From: Octopus sinensis
Taxonomy: Eukaryota
NCBI RefSeq assembly: GCF_006345805.1
Contig: NC_043001.1
Coordinates: forward strand, 65,472,001 to 65,536,000
DNA length: 64,000 nucleotides
Reading direction: 5' to 3'
A model generated the notes under the pieces. That model searched no databases. It saw only the letters and a program-made list of their open reading frames with translations, and was not told where the DNA came from. Shown here in pieces: positions 26,616 through 40,215 of this stretch. A program made the translations under genes and the position numbers. Position 1 is the first letter of the stretch. Each line of letters opens with the position of its first letter.

Positions 26616-27209
26616 GAAGAAGAAGAAGAAGAAGAAGAAGAAGAAGAAGAAGAAGAAGAAGAAGAAGAAGAAGAAGAAGAAGAAGAAGAAGAAGAAGAAA
26701 GAAGAGAAGAAGAAGAAGAAGAAGAATTTCTTTTGTTTGCTACTGGGTCGGGAAATGAAAGAGACGCTACAATGACGGGATACATAAAATGTGAGGATTT
26801 ACACAAAATCGATAGAAAAATGTAGGTTAGAGAGTATAATCAGAGAAGGAAGAGGGTTCCCTCTCCTAAATGTCATGTTCCGATTTACAGAAGAGCCATT
26901 TACTTCTGTCATTTCACATGATGCAGTTAACTTACTGAAGAAACTGCTACATTATATTTCTATCACTTGTAAACTGTTCATAAAACTCATCTATTTCTGA
27001 GAACAAACCACAGATTTGTTGCTTGTCATGCATTTCAACAATCAAAATATTGACATTGTTCTAATAAAAACATATCATTGTTGATGAATTTAATGTCACT
27101 ATTTCTTCTCTCTTTAGCTTTTGTCTAATTATTACTTTACTTTCTAGTATCCTATTTCAGAACTCCAACTTATTTTGATGTCATAACAAACACAAATACA
27201 TACAGACAC

Positions 27210-27336
<127 letters not shown>

Positions 27337-28106
27337 CATGCACCCACGCACGCACGTATAAACTAATATTTATACGTATGTATATATATATATGTATATG
27401 TATATATATAACATTCTTTTGCTTTTGTTTATTTCTGTTTGTTCTGATCTCTGGTAACATCAACCCACTACAAACAATGGATATCGTAGTGCCTGTTAGT
27501 ATTTCTACTTATATTCTCAAATGGAGTTGTGTAGGTGAAACAGTTTGTAAAACATAAAAATAAACATTATGAATTATATATGATTCTTGTATTGAGTTCT
27601 TTATTTGAATCATGCTTAACCTTGTCACTCGATATGCGCGTGTGTGTATGTGTGAGCACGCGTGTATATATGCGAATATGTCTCCCTGCGGCCATTAGGC
27701 ACAACTTCACAAGCCAGCCCCATACTCAACTCGTCCTGTCGAAAGACCCTTGTCCTACGTCCTGGTTTCGTTTTGTTTTTTATTTTTACCGTTATTGTTT
27801 TTACGTTTTTGTATTCTTATTGGTGTCACGTATTCTGTATTTTTGTTCGTGTACTTCGTTCGTTTTCCGTCCTCGTGTTGTATACATTCGAAGCTTTCTT
27901 CCAGGGGATCTAATGCGCTTGGCTTAGATTTCCCTTGGCGGGCTGCCCATATCGGAGCAATCTCAAGATTAATCAGCCGAAATTGCAAAGATGATCTGGT
28001 TCTTGACTGATGACTGAGGGCTTCGAATGTCCCGTCCTGTGGTTCTCGTGTCGTCTCTGTGGTGTTTCATGTTCTTGTCCATGTCTGTAATTATTTTTAC
28101 TGTTTA

Positions 28107-28168
<62 letters not shown>

Positions 28169-28654
28169 ATATACATGTGTGTGTATGCGCACGCACATAC
28201 ACGCACACATACATTGAACTTTTATTGTAGAAGTTGATAAGAAGTTGACTTCTTGCTTGCCTTTGTCAGACAGTTTCACGAAGGCAAGCAAATCGAAACT
28301 TCGAGCCCACTCTCATTCATTTGCTTGTAAAAGTTTAGTAAACACTACTAAAATGGACTGAATAACCCCTTCAGTTTAATGTTAAATTGATTTTATATAT
28401 GATTTGACTTAAAACAAATATTAATATGTGTGCATATGCATGTGTGTGTGTGAGTGCGCACATTTATGTGTATGTCTGTCGTATTTCTGTCTCTACACAT
28501 GTGTGTCCATGTGAGAAAAGGCGATAACAAATATTATTCCCTAGCTTATTTGACAAGTCTACGTTATTCTAACACTCTCAGTTGAGAAAAACTTCCAATC
28601 TGTTATTGAAGGGTACCTAAAAGTTAATACTTTCTTCTAAAGGCACAAGGCCTG

Positions 28655-28842
28655 AAATTTAGGGGAAGGGGACTAGTCGATTACATCGGTCTCAGCGTGT
28701 CATTGGTACTTAATCTATCAACCCCGAAAAGATGAAAAGCAAAAGTCGAACTCGGCAGAATTTGAACTCAGAACGTTGCGACGGTCGAAATGCCACTAAG
28801 CACTTCGTCCATTGCGCTAACGATTCTGACAGCCCACCACTT
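28655..28842 (-). mobile_element. SINE B-related copy with the alternative (type 2) tail
   Basis: Shares head and body with B; tail reads ...CCCCTAAATTTCAGGCCTTGTGCC on the element strand. Confidence 0.7.
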
Positions 28843-28858
28843 TAAATATAATAATAAT

Positions 28859-28889
<31 letters not shown>

Positions 28890-28924
28890 CAACAACAACA
28901 ACAACAACAATAATAATAATAACA

Positions 28925-29600
28925 AAAACTGTTTTCAGTATTTAAGGAAGCTGACAAATACAAACAAAAAGTCATACTACCTAACAAATATGAAAAAGAT
29001 GAAACAACAAAAGCTATAAAACAAATGAAATCTAAACTAAAACTAGAACAGCAACAGACCTTGATAAAACGATGGCAAGAAGAGCCCATTCATGGCAAAT
29101 ACTGGGCTAAAATAAACCTAAAAGAAATAGACAGAAAAAAAATCCCAGCGATGGTTGAGAAGCTCAGGACTCAAAGCAGAGACTGAAGGATTTTTAATTG
29201 CAGCACAAGACCAAAGCCTCTCCAGCAGAAATTACCAAAAACATATAATGAAAAGAAATATAACAAATAACTGCAGAATATGTGGAGATGGACAAGAAAC
29301 AATAAATCATATTATCGCTGGCTAAGAAGGAATAATTATTCCTGGCTAAGAAGGAATATATTCACAGACACGACAGAGTTGGGACCTACATACACTGGAA
29401 GCTATGTGTCAGGTAACTTTGGGACCTCCCAGTATGTACAGACTGGACCATCAAAGTAAATAAACCAGATATTGCTGTGAAACACCAAAACAGTAAAGTC
29501 TGTTTATGGATTGACATGAGTATACCCTGTGACCATAATATCTCAGCAAAAGAATTTGATAAACTCAGAAAATATAAAGATTGGCTAATCGAAATCGATT
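28925..29600 (+). mobile_element. Chimeric R4/Dong-type fragment: family 2 copy 3 (28925-29401) joined to a different RLE family (29402-29600)
   Basis: First part matches copy 2; second part reads DWTIKVNKPDIAVKHQNSKVCLWIDMSIPCDHNISAKEFDKLRKYKD. Confidence 0.7.
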
Positions 29601-29849
29601 ATTGAAAGGAACTGAAAATTATATAAGAATGATCCCTGGCTTACAATCCACGCAAGATGTTCAAAAGATCGTTTTAACTGGTATGTCACATGTACTGAGA
29701 AGAGCATTTATTATCTACTCTTTGATTTTGTAATTTTTGTTTATTTTAATATCCTACCAATATATAAAGTACGGTTCTCTGCCCTAGGTGTCAGGAAGAC
29801 ACTCGGCAAGAGATGGGAACAGAATTGAAAAATGCTATTAATAATAATG

Positions 29850-29910
<61 letters not shown>

Positions 29911-29912
<2 letters not shown>

Positions 29913-32900
29913 GGGCCCATACTGAATAACGACATGGATGTACTAAACCTGGCTCTCCATTCAAAAACAAATCTAATCCAATAACATGGATGGAATTAGA
30001 TAAAGGAACCTGAGGAAAACTTGAAGGAAGTGGCCTTTTAAGGAAGATACTAAGAAAAAAATGGAATTTTACTGCCATACAAAGTACAGTTTCTCCTACG
30101 AACGGTGTTTCAATGAAACATGTGCGAAACACACACGCGATATCAACATCGGAAAGTTTACAAATTATAAGGACCAAAAACGGACCAAAATAGTGAGTAC
30201 ATAAATTGAGTAATTACGCATACACTCGAATGTCTACACAATCATATATACATTTTGATAACCATAAGACTTTACATACATCCCAAAGTTTTACACAACT
30301 ACGTGAAATTTACAGGACACACACTCAGGCACATGAAAGCACGTGTTACAAACCAAGCAAAAACAAAATCAAAACTTGCTTTTTTTCTTCTTATTTTATT
30401 TTCATTTTTTCGAACTAACACAGACAGAGTGAACTTTTCATAAGTTTAAAAAACACCACAAAAAAACTATGTTCGGAGATAAATCTATCAACAAAAAAAT
30501 ACAGACGAATACAGATCTGCTAGCCTTAAGAAGCTACACTACGAACAATGTTTACATGCAGAGAACACGGAGACGGTGTTGTCGCAAAAAATTAACCCTA
30601 AACTGACAGATTCGTCTCCTAATGTAAGCGTCGAAGCTCGTCATGCCACACTGTTAACAAAGCAAATTACAAATCGCAATAGTCATCGATCGGATTACAA
30701 AAGACCACATACCCGAATATTGAACCAAATTCTGATTGAAAAATCAGCTACTGATTCAAATCTTCCCGATACTCAGGAGCGGGACGTACCCCACAACAGG
30801 AATATTCCAACAGATGGCCATCCATGCCCGTCATCAAATAACCAAAAGAAAAAGAATGCAAATGGTCTAGGGGAGATAGTAAAGAAGTTCTTACGGCCTT
30901 CTACCATGCCATATATTTCCCCACAGATAAATCTAATACTGTACAAACCTACTTAAACTAGAGACAGAAACACCCTGAAGTAAGACCCTACATAGACAGT
31001 AACAAACTTGCCAACGTCAGAAGAAACATTATGAAAAAAATTACTGACTGAAGTAGAGACTGACCAAATTAAACAAGCAGTAAAGGATAAAAAGAACGAA
31101 GCTGCAGCTACAGAAGATAATACAGAGGAAATAATTATAGACTAGCCCAGGGCTGATAAAAACGCAGTAAGTATTGAAAGAGATAGTAAAATTGATAGGC
31201 AAAGTGAAATGCTCCCTGAACTAAGCATAAACACTAAGACAAATGAACATCAAATAGATGAAGAAAGTCACACAAATATTGACCCAACAGAACTACATGA
31301 GCTAAAAAAATCAAATCATGACTGAATGGCTGAAAATTAAAGAAACCAGTATGGATGAAGGCGATACACTCCCTAAAATCCGCAATTCTAACCAAAACCT
31401 GAAAATAATTGGTAAAATCCGCCTTACACTTAAGGATATAATTTCAGCTAATGATGTGGATATCACAGATCTCAACCACCTGTATCATGCATCCGCGAAA
31501 ATCTCAACGATTCTATGTGGTGAAAAGATTAGAAAACGGCAACATTCCCACAAAAAGCCTTCTTGGCAAGAGCGTATTCAAGAACAAATTAAACTACTTA
31601 GGTCTGACATTGAAAGTTTGAAAAACCTTAAGGTTGACAAGACTACCAAACCTACAAAAACCCAAAGATTACAGAAAAAATATAAAATAAAACTATACTT
31701 GATATTGATGCCACCATAGAAACCATCAAGCAAAAGGTATCTTCTAAAGCTGCCCGCATAGCGAGGTTTGAAAAGCATGTTAGATTCTTCAAGGACAACA
31801 ACATGTTCAAAAATAACCCCCAAAAGTTTTACAGGAAGATAGGGAAAAACACCAGTTACTGTGGAGTCTGTACCATCAAAAGAAAAAGTGCAGAGATTTT
31901 GAAATAAAATTTGGGCAGAAGAAAAAACACACAACGAAAAAGGCACCTTGGATTTGTAGAATATCTAGACTTGGAATCCGTAGAGGAGCAAAAGTGGGAG
32001 GGTGTCAAGGTAGAAGATATAAGATCTGCTCTCAGGAGGTCAAGCAAATGGAAGTCTCAAGGAAAGGATAAAATTCCTAACTTCTGGTTGAATGCCTTCC
32101 CAGAGAGCCATGAACTGCTAACAGAACTTTACAACGATGTTTTGCAACACCCTAGTAGGATGCCTTCTTGGCTAGTCAATGGTTTATTCCTGCTTCCAAA
32201 AAGTGAAGAAACAAATGAACCAAAAACTTATAGACCCATAAACTGCTTAACAACTATATATAAAACGCTAACATTTGTCCTGACTGAATATACCTATAGT
32301 TTTTTAATAGAAAACAGCATATTCCCTAATGAGCAAAAAGGATGTAAACGTGGATTCTATGGTTGTAAAGATCAGCTACTCATTAATAAGATGATCTTAG
32401 AAGATTGTCACAAACGACACAAGAACTTGTCAATAGCCTGGATAGACTATAAAAAGGCTTTGATAGCCTACCACATAGCTGAATTAAGAAATGCCTGGAA
32501 ATGTATAAAATAGCGCCTACTCTGCGAAACTTTTTGTCTGTAAGTATGAGATCATGGAGAACCACACTAACTTTGAGCAGTGACGATGAATCTCAAAATG
32601 CTGGTGATGTAAAAATTTCAAGTGGCATTTTCCAGGGTGACTCACTATCACCACTCCTCTTTTGTCTAGCCTTAATACCTCTCTCAAAATTGCTCAATGA
32701 CGCACAGTACGGATATAAAATGTTTGATAAAAATATAAATCATCTCATTTACATGGATGATTTAAGCTCTTTGCAAAAAATGACCAACAACTTAAGGGCT
32801 TACTAGCGATTGTTAAACAATTCAGTGAGGACATCAGAATGCAATTTGGCCTCGATAAATGTGCAAAAGTTACCTTTATCAAAGGAAAAATAACAGAAAC

Positions 32901-34234
32901 ATCTAACGTTAGCCTTGACCAGCAGAATGTCATAAAAGAGTTAGACCCTGCGGAGAGCTACAAGTACCTAGGGGTAATTGAAGGGGACGGAATAAGGCAC
33001 TCAGTGATGAAGGAAAGGATCAGGAGAGAATGTTATCGCAGAGTAAGAGCAATACTCAGGACAGAGCTGATTGCGAGAAATAAGATCGAAGCGATCAATG
33101 CATTAGCCATACCAGTCGTGACTTACAGTTTCAATATCATTAACTGGTCAATTACTGAAATATGTAATCTTGACGGAAAAATACGAAAACTGTTGACAAT
33201 GCATAGAATGCACCACCCTAAGGCAGACATAGAACGACTTTATCTGCCAAGAAAAGAGGGAGACCGTGGACTTTTACAACTAGCATTAACAATGAAGATT
33301 GCCACAATTGGCCTAGACACCTATTTGAAAAACTCTGAGGACTGGATGTTAAAACTTGTCTCAAAACATGAAATCAAGAAAGCATCATACTCAGTAACAA
33401 AACAGGCAAAGGAATATCTAAGTGAATTGCAAATACAACAAATTCCGGAATTAGACGTACAAGAAACAAGCGCAGAAAAAGCTAAGCGCATGAAAACCCG
33501 TGCTAAAACTGCTGCCTTAGATATTCTGATTGATAAATGGCAAGAAAAACCTCTCTATGGCAAATACCAAAAGAGAGCGAATAATGCAGATGTTGACAAA
33601 GCCCTGACCCATCAATGGATAATGGCCTCTGGCTTAACATCTGAAACAGAAGGGTTTATCATAGCAGCTCAAGATCAATGCATACCTACAAGGAACTACC
33701 AGGCCAACATATTAAAGAACGGCAGTAGCCCAACATATAATGTATGTCAACAACAAAATGAAACCATTGATCATATTGTCTCTAAGTGCAGTCTTCTTGC
33801 GCCTACAGAGTATCTCAACAGTTATGATAGAGTTGCACAATATATTCACTGGGTAATTTGCAAAATCCTTGAGTTGCCCCATGAAAAAACTGGTGGGAAC
33901 ACAAACCACCTCCAGTGCTTGAAAATGACCACATCTAACTCCTCTGGAACTTCACCATTCAAACTGACAGAAAGATAGATGCAAATAGGCCAGACATCAT
34001 ATTGAAAGACTTCAGATAAAAATCATGCCTCCTCATTGATATGACTGGTCCCAATCGATATAAACGTATCTGTCAAAACCTACCAAAAATTGAGCAAATA
34101 TGAAGATCTTGAAATAGAAATCAGCAAAAAGTGGAACCTGAAGACTAAAACAATACCTGTTGTCATAGGTGCCCTGGGAATGATAGCAAAAGGGGCTGAT
34201 TGCTACCTAACTCAGATACCAGCAAAAGTCAAAC

Positions 34235-34237
<3 letters not shown>
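29911..34237 (+). mobile_element. Near-full-length R4/Dong-type non-LTR retrotransposon (family 1), frameshifted, inserted in (TAA)n
   Basis: Starts directly after a (TAA)n tract; N-terminal RQKHPEVRPYIDSNKLANVRRNI; RT motifs YRPINCL, EQKGCKRG..GCKDQLLI, WIDYKKA, IFQGDSLSPLLF and YMDDL; AAQDQ, CCHC-type region and RLE NRPDI...KYEDLEIEI. Confidence 0.9.
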
Positions 34238-34788
<551 letters not shown>

Positions 34789-34824
34789 ATAATAATAATA
34801 ATAACTACAACAACACCAACAACA

Positions 34825-35330
34825 AATGCCCTGATGCAGTACCTAGTCACTGGCTCTCTTAGATTCTGGCTATCATGGCTTCTGATCTTAATTGATTGGA
34901 GTGTTATTATGTACATGTTTTGTCTTGGTATAACAGATGGGCTACAGAAAATATTCTATTTAATAACATGTCTTGAGCATGTCTTTTGGTGGCTAACGAT
35001 ATGTGCATCTCTGATCACGAGGAGAAGTAGTGGGGGAGCATCATAGCCATGTGTTGAGAGGAATTCCCTGAGGTTTGAATAATTCACCTCTGGAAACATA
35101 GCTGTTTTTTTCAGAGCGGGGTGGTCTACTCGACCTGAAGAAAATTCTAATTGGTCCCCATCTGCAAGGCTATGCGCTGTTTATCTTAATCAGCTCACTA
35201 TGTCACTCGCATGTGGTTGTGATGCATGTGTATCTTTATTAAATGGGTAGTCATGACGGGTATACTATACTTCGTATAATTGTTCTCCAGTGTCACTTTG
35301 ATGGCATGCAATGCCCTCTCATTCAATAAT
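34825..35330 (+). mobile_element. Non-coding dispersed repeat family ending in (TAA)n, copy 1
   Basis: Aligns with 35714-36165; begins after an AAC/AAT tract and ends CTCTCATTC-AATAATAAT. Confidence 0.7.
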
Positions 35331-35344
35331 AATAATAATGATGA

Positions 35345-35557
35345 TTTCAAATTTTGACATAATGCCAGCAAATTCAGGGGTAGGGGGTAAGTTGATCATA
35401 TCGACCCTAGTTTTCAACTAGTACTTATTTTATTGACCCAGCAAGGATGAAAGGTAAAGCCGACCTCAGCGGAAATTGAAATCAGAACGTGAAGACAGAC
35501 GAAATACCGTCAAGCATTTTGCCCAGCCTGCTAACTATTCTATCAGCTAGCCGCCTT

Positions 35558-35558
<1 letters not shown>
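35345..35558 (-). mobile_element. SINE B-related copy with type 2 tail, inside a TAA tract
   Basis: Head GGCGGCTAGCTGATAGAATAGTTAGC; tail ...GCTGGCATTATGTCAAAATTTGAAATC. Confidence 0.65.
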
Positions 35559-35632
<74 letters not shown>

Positions 35633-35713
35633 GTAATGATGATGATGATTATGATGATGATGATGATGATGATGATGATAACAACAACAACAACAATAAT
35701 AATGGTAATAATT

Positions 35714-36165
35714 GCCTTTGTGTAGTACAAGGCAGTGGCTCTAATGGCTTCTGATCTGTACTGATTGAAACTGTTATTATCTTGGTGTAAAAGATGAGCT
35801 ACAACAAATATATGCTCAATACCTCAGATTTGTGTGTCAGTTACTTGATCGTAAACCTTAGTGGTCTGACGATACGTGCATCTCTGCTCACTAGCAGGAG
35901 TAGTGGTGAGGATAAACAACCCTTATCCAGGGACCTTTTGAGCGGGATGGGCTACTCGACCTAAAGAAAATTCTAACTGGTCCCCACTTGCAAAGTCAAG
36001 CGCTGTTCATCTTGATATGGGATCACCACATCGCTCACATATAGTTGTGATGCATGTGCCTGATGTACCCTTATCAGACGGTTAGTCATGATGGGTATAT
36101 TGGGCTTCGTATATTTGTATCTCAGTATAATTTGGATGGCATGCGTTGCTCTCTCACTTAATAAA
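35714..36165 (+). mobile_element. Non-coding dispersed repeat family ending in (TAA)n, copy 2 (internal deletion)
   Basis: Shares GGCAGTGGCTCT.ATGGCTTCTGATCT, GAAGAAAATTCTAA.TGGTCCCCA and GATGGCATGC...CTCTC-AATAA with copy 1. Confidence 0.7.
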
Positions 36166-38170
36166 AATAATATTCAGCAAATCCGCCAGTATTTCCAAAA
36201 TGAACTTGAAAGTTGAGAAGTACCAAACCGAAGAGGTAAGGTTAGTGATTTCAGCTTCGTCCACCTTACAATCTCGTTGACTGTGACCGTAGGCAGAGGA
36301 AACCTGCCTGTCCTTCCACGCCAAAAGAATGTGGAGATATGATGTTCTCGGGAAGTTCGGTCGATAGCTAGATCCATCCTACACGCGACATCAGTAGTTT
36401 AAAATAGCTCCACAGGCCAGCAATGCTTGTGTCCCAACCGAGTGGACGAAGAGCAATTTCGACGCTGTATGCACATTTTAGACAAATATGGTCCTATCGC
36501 ACTTATAGAGATTTATTTTGGTTTTTTCCCCCTCGAACTGCCAGTGCAACCCTAGTGCATTGGCAGGTGAAGATTTTCTGGATGTTACACCAAGCTGAAA
36601 AATTCTGTGGAATCGGCTATCCTTCGTCCCAGTCGACTTCCAGACTTTCCGTGGGAAAGTTGTCGCTTATATCCATCACTAAACCTCTATAAAAATGCAA
36701 CGATCGGCGCATCGCCAGCCGTATTATCCGGCTCATACAGACTTTGAGCGCGTAAGAACATTCCTGATGTCAGGTGCCTAAATTTGGTCTTAGCTTAACT
36801 CAAGACAGGAGCTCTATCGGAGAAACTAGCTGCGAGAAAACTAGCCTTACATAAAATATACATATATGAGCATACATTCTCTCCTGCCCAGTTATTTCTA
36901 TATATACCGCAGCCTCATCGTATAGCTATGCTTAGCCACATTATACTGAGCATTCTGGGTAGACGTTGTTGGTAGCTTATCGATCCTGGGACTAGTGGAA
37001 CACGCCTTTTTCACATTAAACAAATAAGTAATCTAAGCCATCATAAACCTAATATAACTTTCCATGACAAAAATGTTTTAATTAACACAGTAATGTTATA
37101 TGATTATAATGATGAGAAAGCTAGCTAAAAAGCTAAGGAGTTACAAAGCATGTGACTATCACAGTATTTGTATTTGGCGCAACTGATACCCAACCATATC
37201 TGTAAAGTTATTGACACATTACCATTGTAGATAGGTATATGAACGTCCCCAAAAATATCAATACCAGAATCAGACAAGTAGTCATTTAGTTTAATCATAG
37301 ATCAGATGAAATGGAATCAATACATGTTTTCTTAGAAACAGCTGCCAAGTAACGATGCTCGACCCCATCGAATGCTTTCATTTGATCCAACTTGAACAGA
37401 GCTCAACAGAAATCAGATTTCTTACCTACTCCCTCAACGACAAATCGCTTGAAGTTAAGTTGATCATGGACAGATCTTTCCGTGTTGTATAGATCTGCGT
37501 TTTCTTGACCACATTATAGACAAGAGCCTACCGCTTAGCTAACACTTTCGTCTAAAACTTTATATTCTACATTTGTTTGAAGTATGGATCAGAAATTATC
37601 AATTGCATCCTTCTTTTCTTATCTACATCTACTGACGCAAGGTTGTGAGCAAGTGAACTGGCATCTAAACCACTTCCAGATCAACGTATATTTTGTAACC
37701 CATCTTAAGTAAAGCTATGTTAATTGGGGTAAAAAGGGAACTTTCATGTTTGAGTCAATGTTGTAACACACCGCTGATTCACTAATGCCGTAAAACCTTT
37801 CCGTACGAAATGCTGATGAAGAAACATTTCCCTCGAAAGAAAAGTTAGAAGAAGCCTTAAATAATCTATCATATATTATGATAAAACTAGCAGGCCCGTG
37901 TGGGCAAAAATGCCGACAGTTCTATAAATTATAGAAAATTGCGCATCAATGCAAAGGGAGAGGACATTGAAGTAATCTAGTAAATATAGGTGCATACAAT
38001 GGATTGAAGCACTTAAAAAATCAGATACAGTTGTTAGGGATTGGTTGAAAGTATCGTCCACATAATGCATGTGCGCGTGCACACACACATGCACACACAC
38101 ACACACATACATATATATATACATTTATACATGTAGGTTACCACGAATTATATATACATATATATATGTA

Positions 38171-38564
38171 CTAGCAGTATCGCCCGGCGTTGCTCGGGTT
38201 TGTAAGGGAAATAATTATATAAGCATTTTTAGAGATGTAAAGTATAATAGCCATCTCAATATGGCTAACCACAAAGGGGGAGGGGTGTTACTGTAGCTTT
38301 TTACGTTCTGAGATATAATAATAAATTTTAGAGAGTTACTTCCCTTATATATGTCAAAAATGGATTAAAAATGGGAAAAATTGATGGTAAATTTTTTTTA
38401 AATCGTAGACTCATCGTAGACGCGCGCTAATACCCAGACGGTCTCGATATGAATCACGACTATAAGATACCCGGTTTTGGTTAAACTGCACCGCAAAATA
38501 TGGGAGTAGTTAGGAATCTAAATCGTAGGAGACAGACACACAACCTCACTTTTATATATAAAGA
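38171..38564 (-). mobile_element. Non-autonomous Helitron, family H1
   Basis: On the minus strand: 5' TC(TTTATATATAAAAG), 3' hairpin CCCGAGCAACGCCGGG then CTAG; inserted between A and T with no TSD. Confidence 0.85.
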
Positions 38565-38725
38565 TTTCCTCTATTTACATAATATTGAGGTCTCTTTCTT
38601 TCTTTTGTTATCTTACTGTTTTTACCAATATACATATATATATATATATAATATATATATAGTTACAGAGATGTACTTGCATAGCAAGTGACTTGATCTG
38701 AGATCGTGTGCTGGAACGAAAACAG

Positions 38726-38983
38726 TTGCAGCGTTGAAGGTGTTTATAAGCCATTTAAGAACACACAAAAACCGTTAGATTCACTTCAACATTTAAATTT
38801 AATTTGTCAAAATATTTTCGTCGCTTTGAGACCGCGACCTGTTAGCACGATATTTTTCTCAGTGAACAGGTCGCGGTCTCAAAGCGACGAAAATATTTTG
38901 GCAAATTAAATTTAAATGTTGAAGTGAATGTAACGGTTTTTTTGTGTTTCTTAAATGGCTTACAAACACCTTCCACGCTGCAA
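38726..38983. repeat. Long hairpin: 118/119-bp inverted arms with a 21-nt spacer
   Basis: 38726-38843 is the reverse complement of 38865-38983 with few mismatches. Confidence 0.95.
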
Positions 38984-39001
38984 TATATATATACACACAT
39001 A

Positions 39002-39032
<31 letters not shown>

Positions 39033-39349
39033 GTGTATATGTGTATGCATGTATGTGTGTGTGTGTGCGTGTCTGTGCTTGTGATTGTCCTCCACCACTG
39101 CTTGACAACGAATGTTGGTTTGTTTACATCCCTGTCACCTAGTGGTTTGACAAAGGAAACAGATAGAATAAGTACAATGCTTACAAAAATAAAACTGGAG
39201 TTGATTCATTAAACTACAATTCTTCAAGGCATTGCCCCAGCATGGCCACAGACCAATGGCTGGAAAAAGCAGAAGAATAAAAGAATACATTCTCTGCTTT
39301 GGTCTTATGTTCAAGGCATGAGAAAGCTTGAGTTTACATGAGAAGGCCT

Positions 39350-39965
39350 AACAGACCTGGTAGAAACAGCAGCCAAATCTCCCTCAAATCACACCTTACT
39401 GTCTTATGTATGTATATATATATGAGCCAATGAGGGGGACCTCTACATGGTAGCTAGACCTGGTAGAAATAGCAGCCAAATTTCCCCCAAATCACACCTT
39501 ACTGTCTTATCTATGTATATATGTATGTATGAGCCTATGAGGGAGACCCCTACATGGCAGCTAGACCTGGTAGAAATAGCAGCCAAATTTTCCCCAAATC
39601 ACACCTTACTGTCTTATCTATGTATACCCTTACTGTCTTATCTATGTATATATGTATGTATGAGCCTATGAGGGAGACCCCTACATGGCAGCTAGACCTG
39701 GTAGAAATAGCAGCCAAATTTCCCTCAAATCACACCTTACTGTCTTATCTATGTATATATGTATGTATGAGCCTATGAGGGAGACCCCTACATGGCAGCT
39801 AGACCTGGTAGAAATAGCAGCCAAATTTCCCCCAAATCACACCTTACTGTCTTATCTATGTATATATGTATGTATGAGCCTATGAGGGAGACCCCTACAT
39901 GGCAGCTAGACATGGTAGAAATAGCAGCCAAATCTCCCTCAAATCACACCTTACTGTCTTATCTT
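39350..39965 (+). repeat. Minisatellite, 107-bp unit, about 5.5 copies (one with a 24-bp internal duplication)
   Basis: Unit ATGAGGGAGACCCCTACATGGCAGCTAGACCTGGTAGAAATAGCAGCCAAAT...TGTATGAGCCT; ORF starts recur at 39447, 39554, 39685, 39792 and 39899. Confidence 0.95.
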
Positions 39966-40215
39966 TCTGCTACTTGGATATAGGTGTTATATTCGTCGTA
40001 AAAAACTTTCCTGTCACACACTCACGCACACGCACACACACACACACACACATACAATGCACCCTCACAAACACACACACGCGCACACCCACACACACAC
40101 ACTCACACACACGCACGTTAGCTTACAATTTTATTTATATATTTGCGTGTCTATGTGTTGAAAGAGGAAGTGGGAGGCAGAGTGAAAGAATCACTCACTA
40201 CAGTAAGTCAATTAC

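Noticed and set aside
28005-28300. CTGATGA at ~28008 and an 11-bp hairpin plus GAAAC at 28253-28299 as hammerheads
   Set aside because: The first lacks stem II and GAAA; the second lacks the CUGANGA core.
36170-36800. Possible tyrosine-recombinase (DIRS-like) fragment in a GC-richer stretch
   Set aside because: Only a faint FSAWC-like peptide; no catalytic RHRY or RT motifs recognisable.
39350-39965. CRISPR-like regular array
   Set aside because: The whole 107-bp unit repeats with no unique spacers, there are no cas genes, and the context is eukaryotic.
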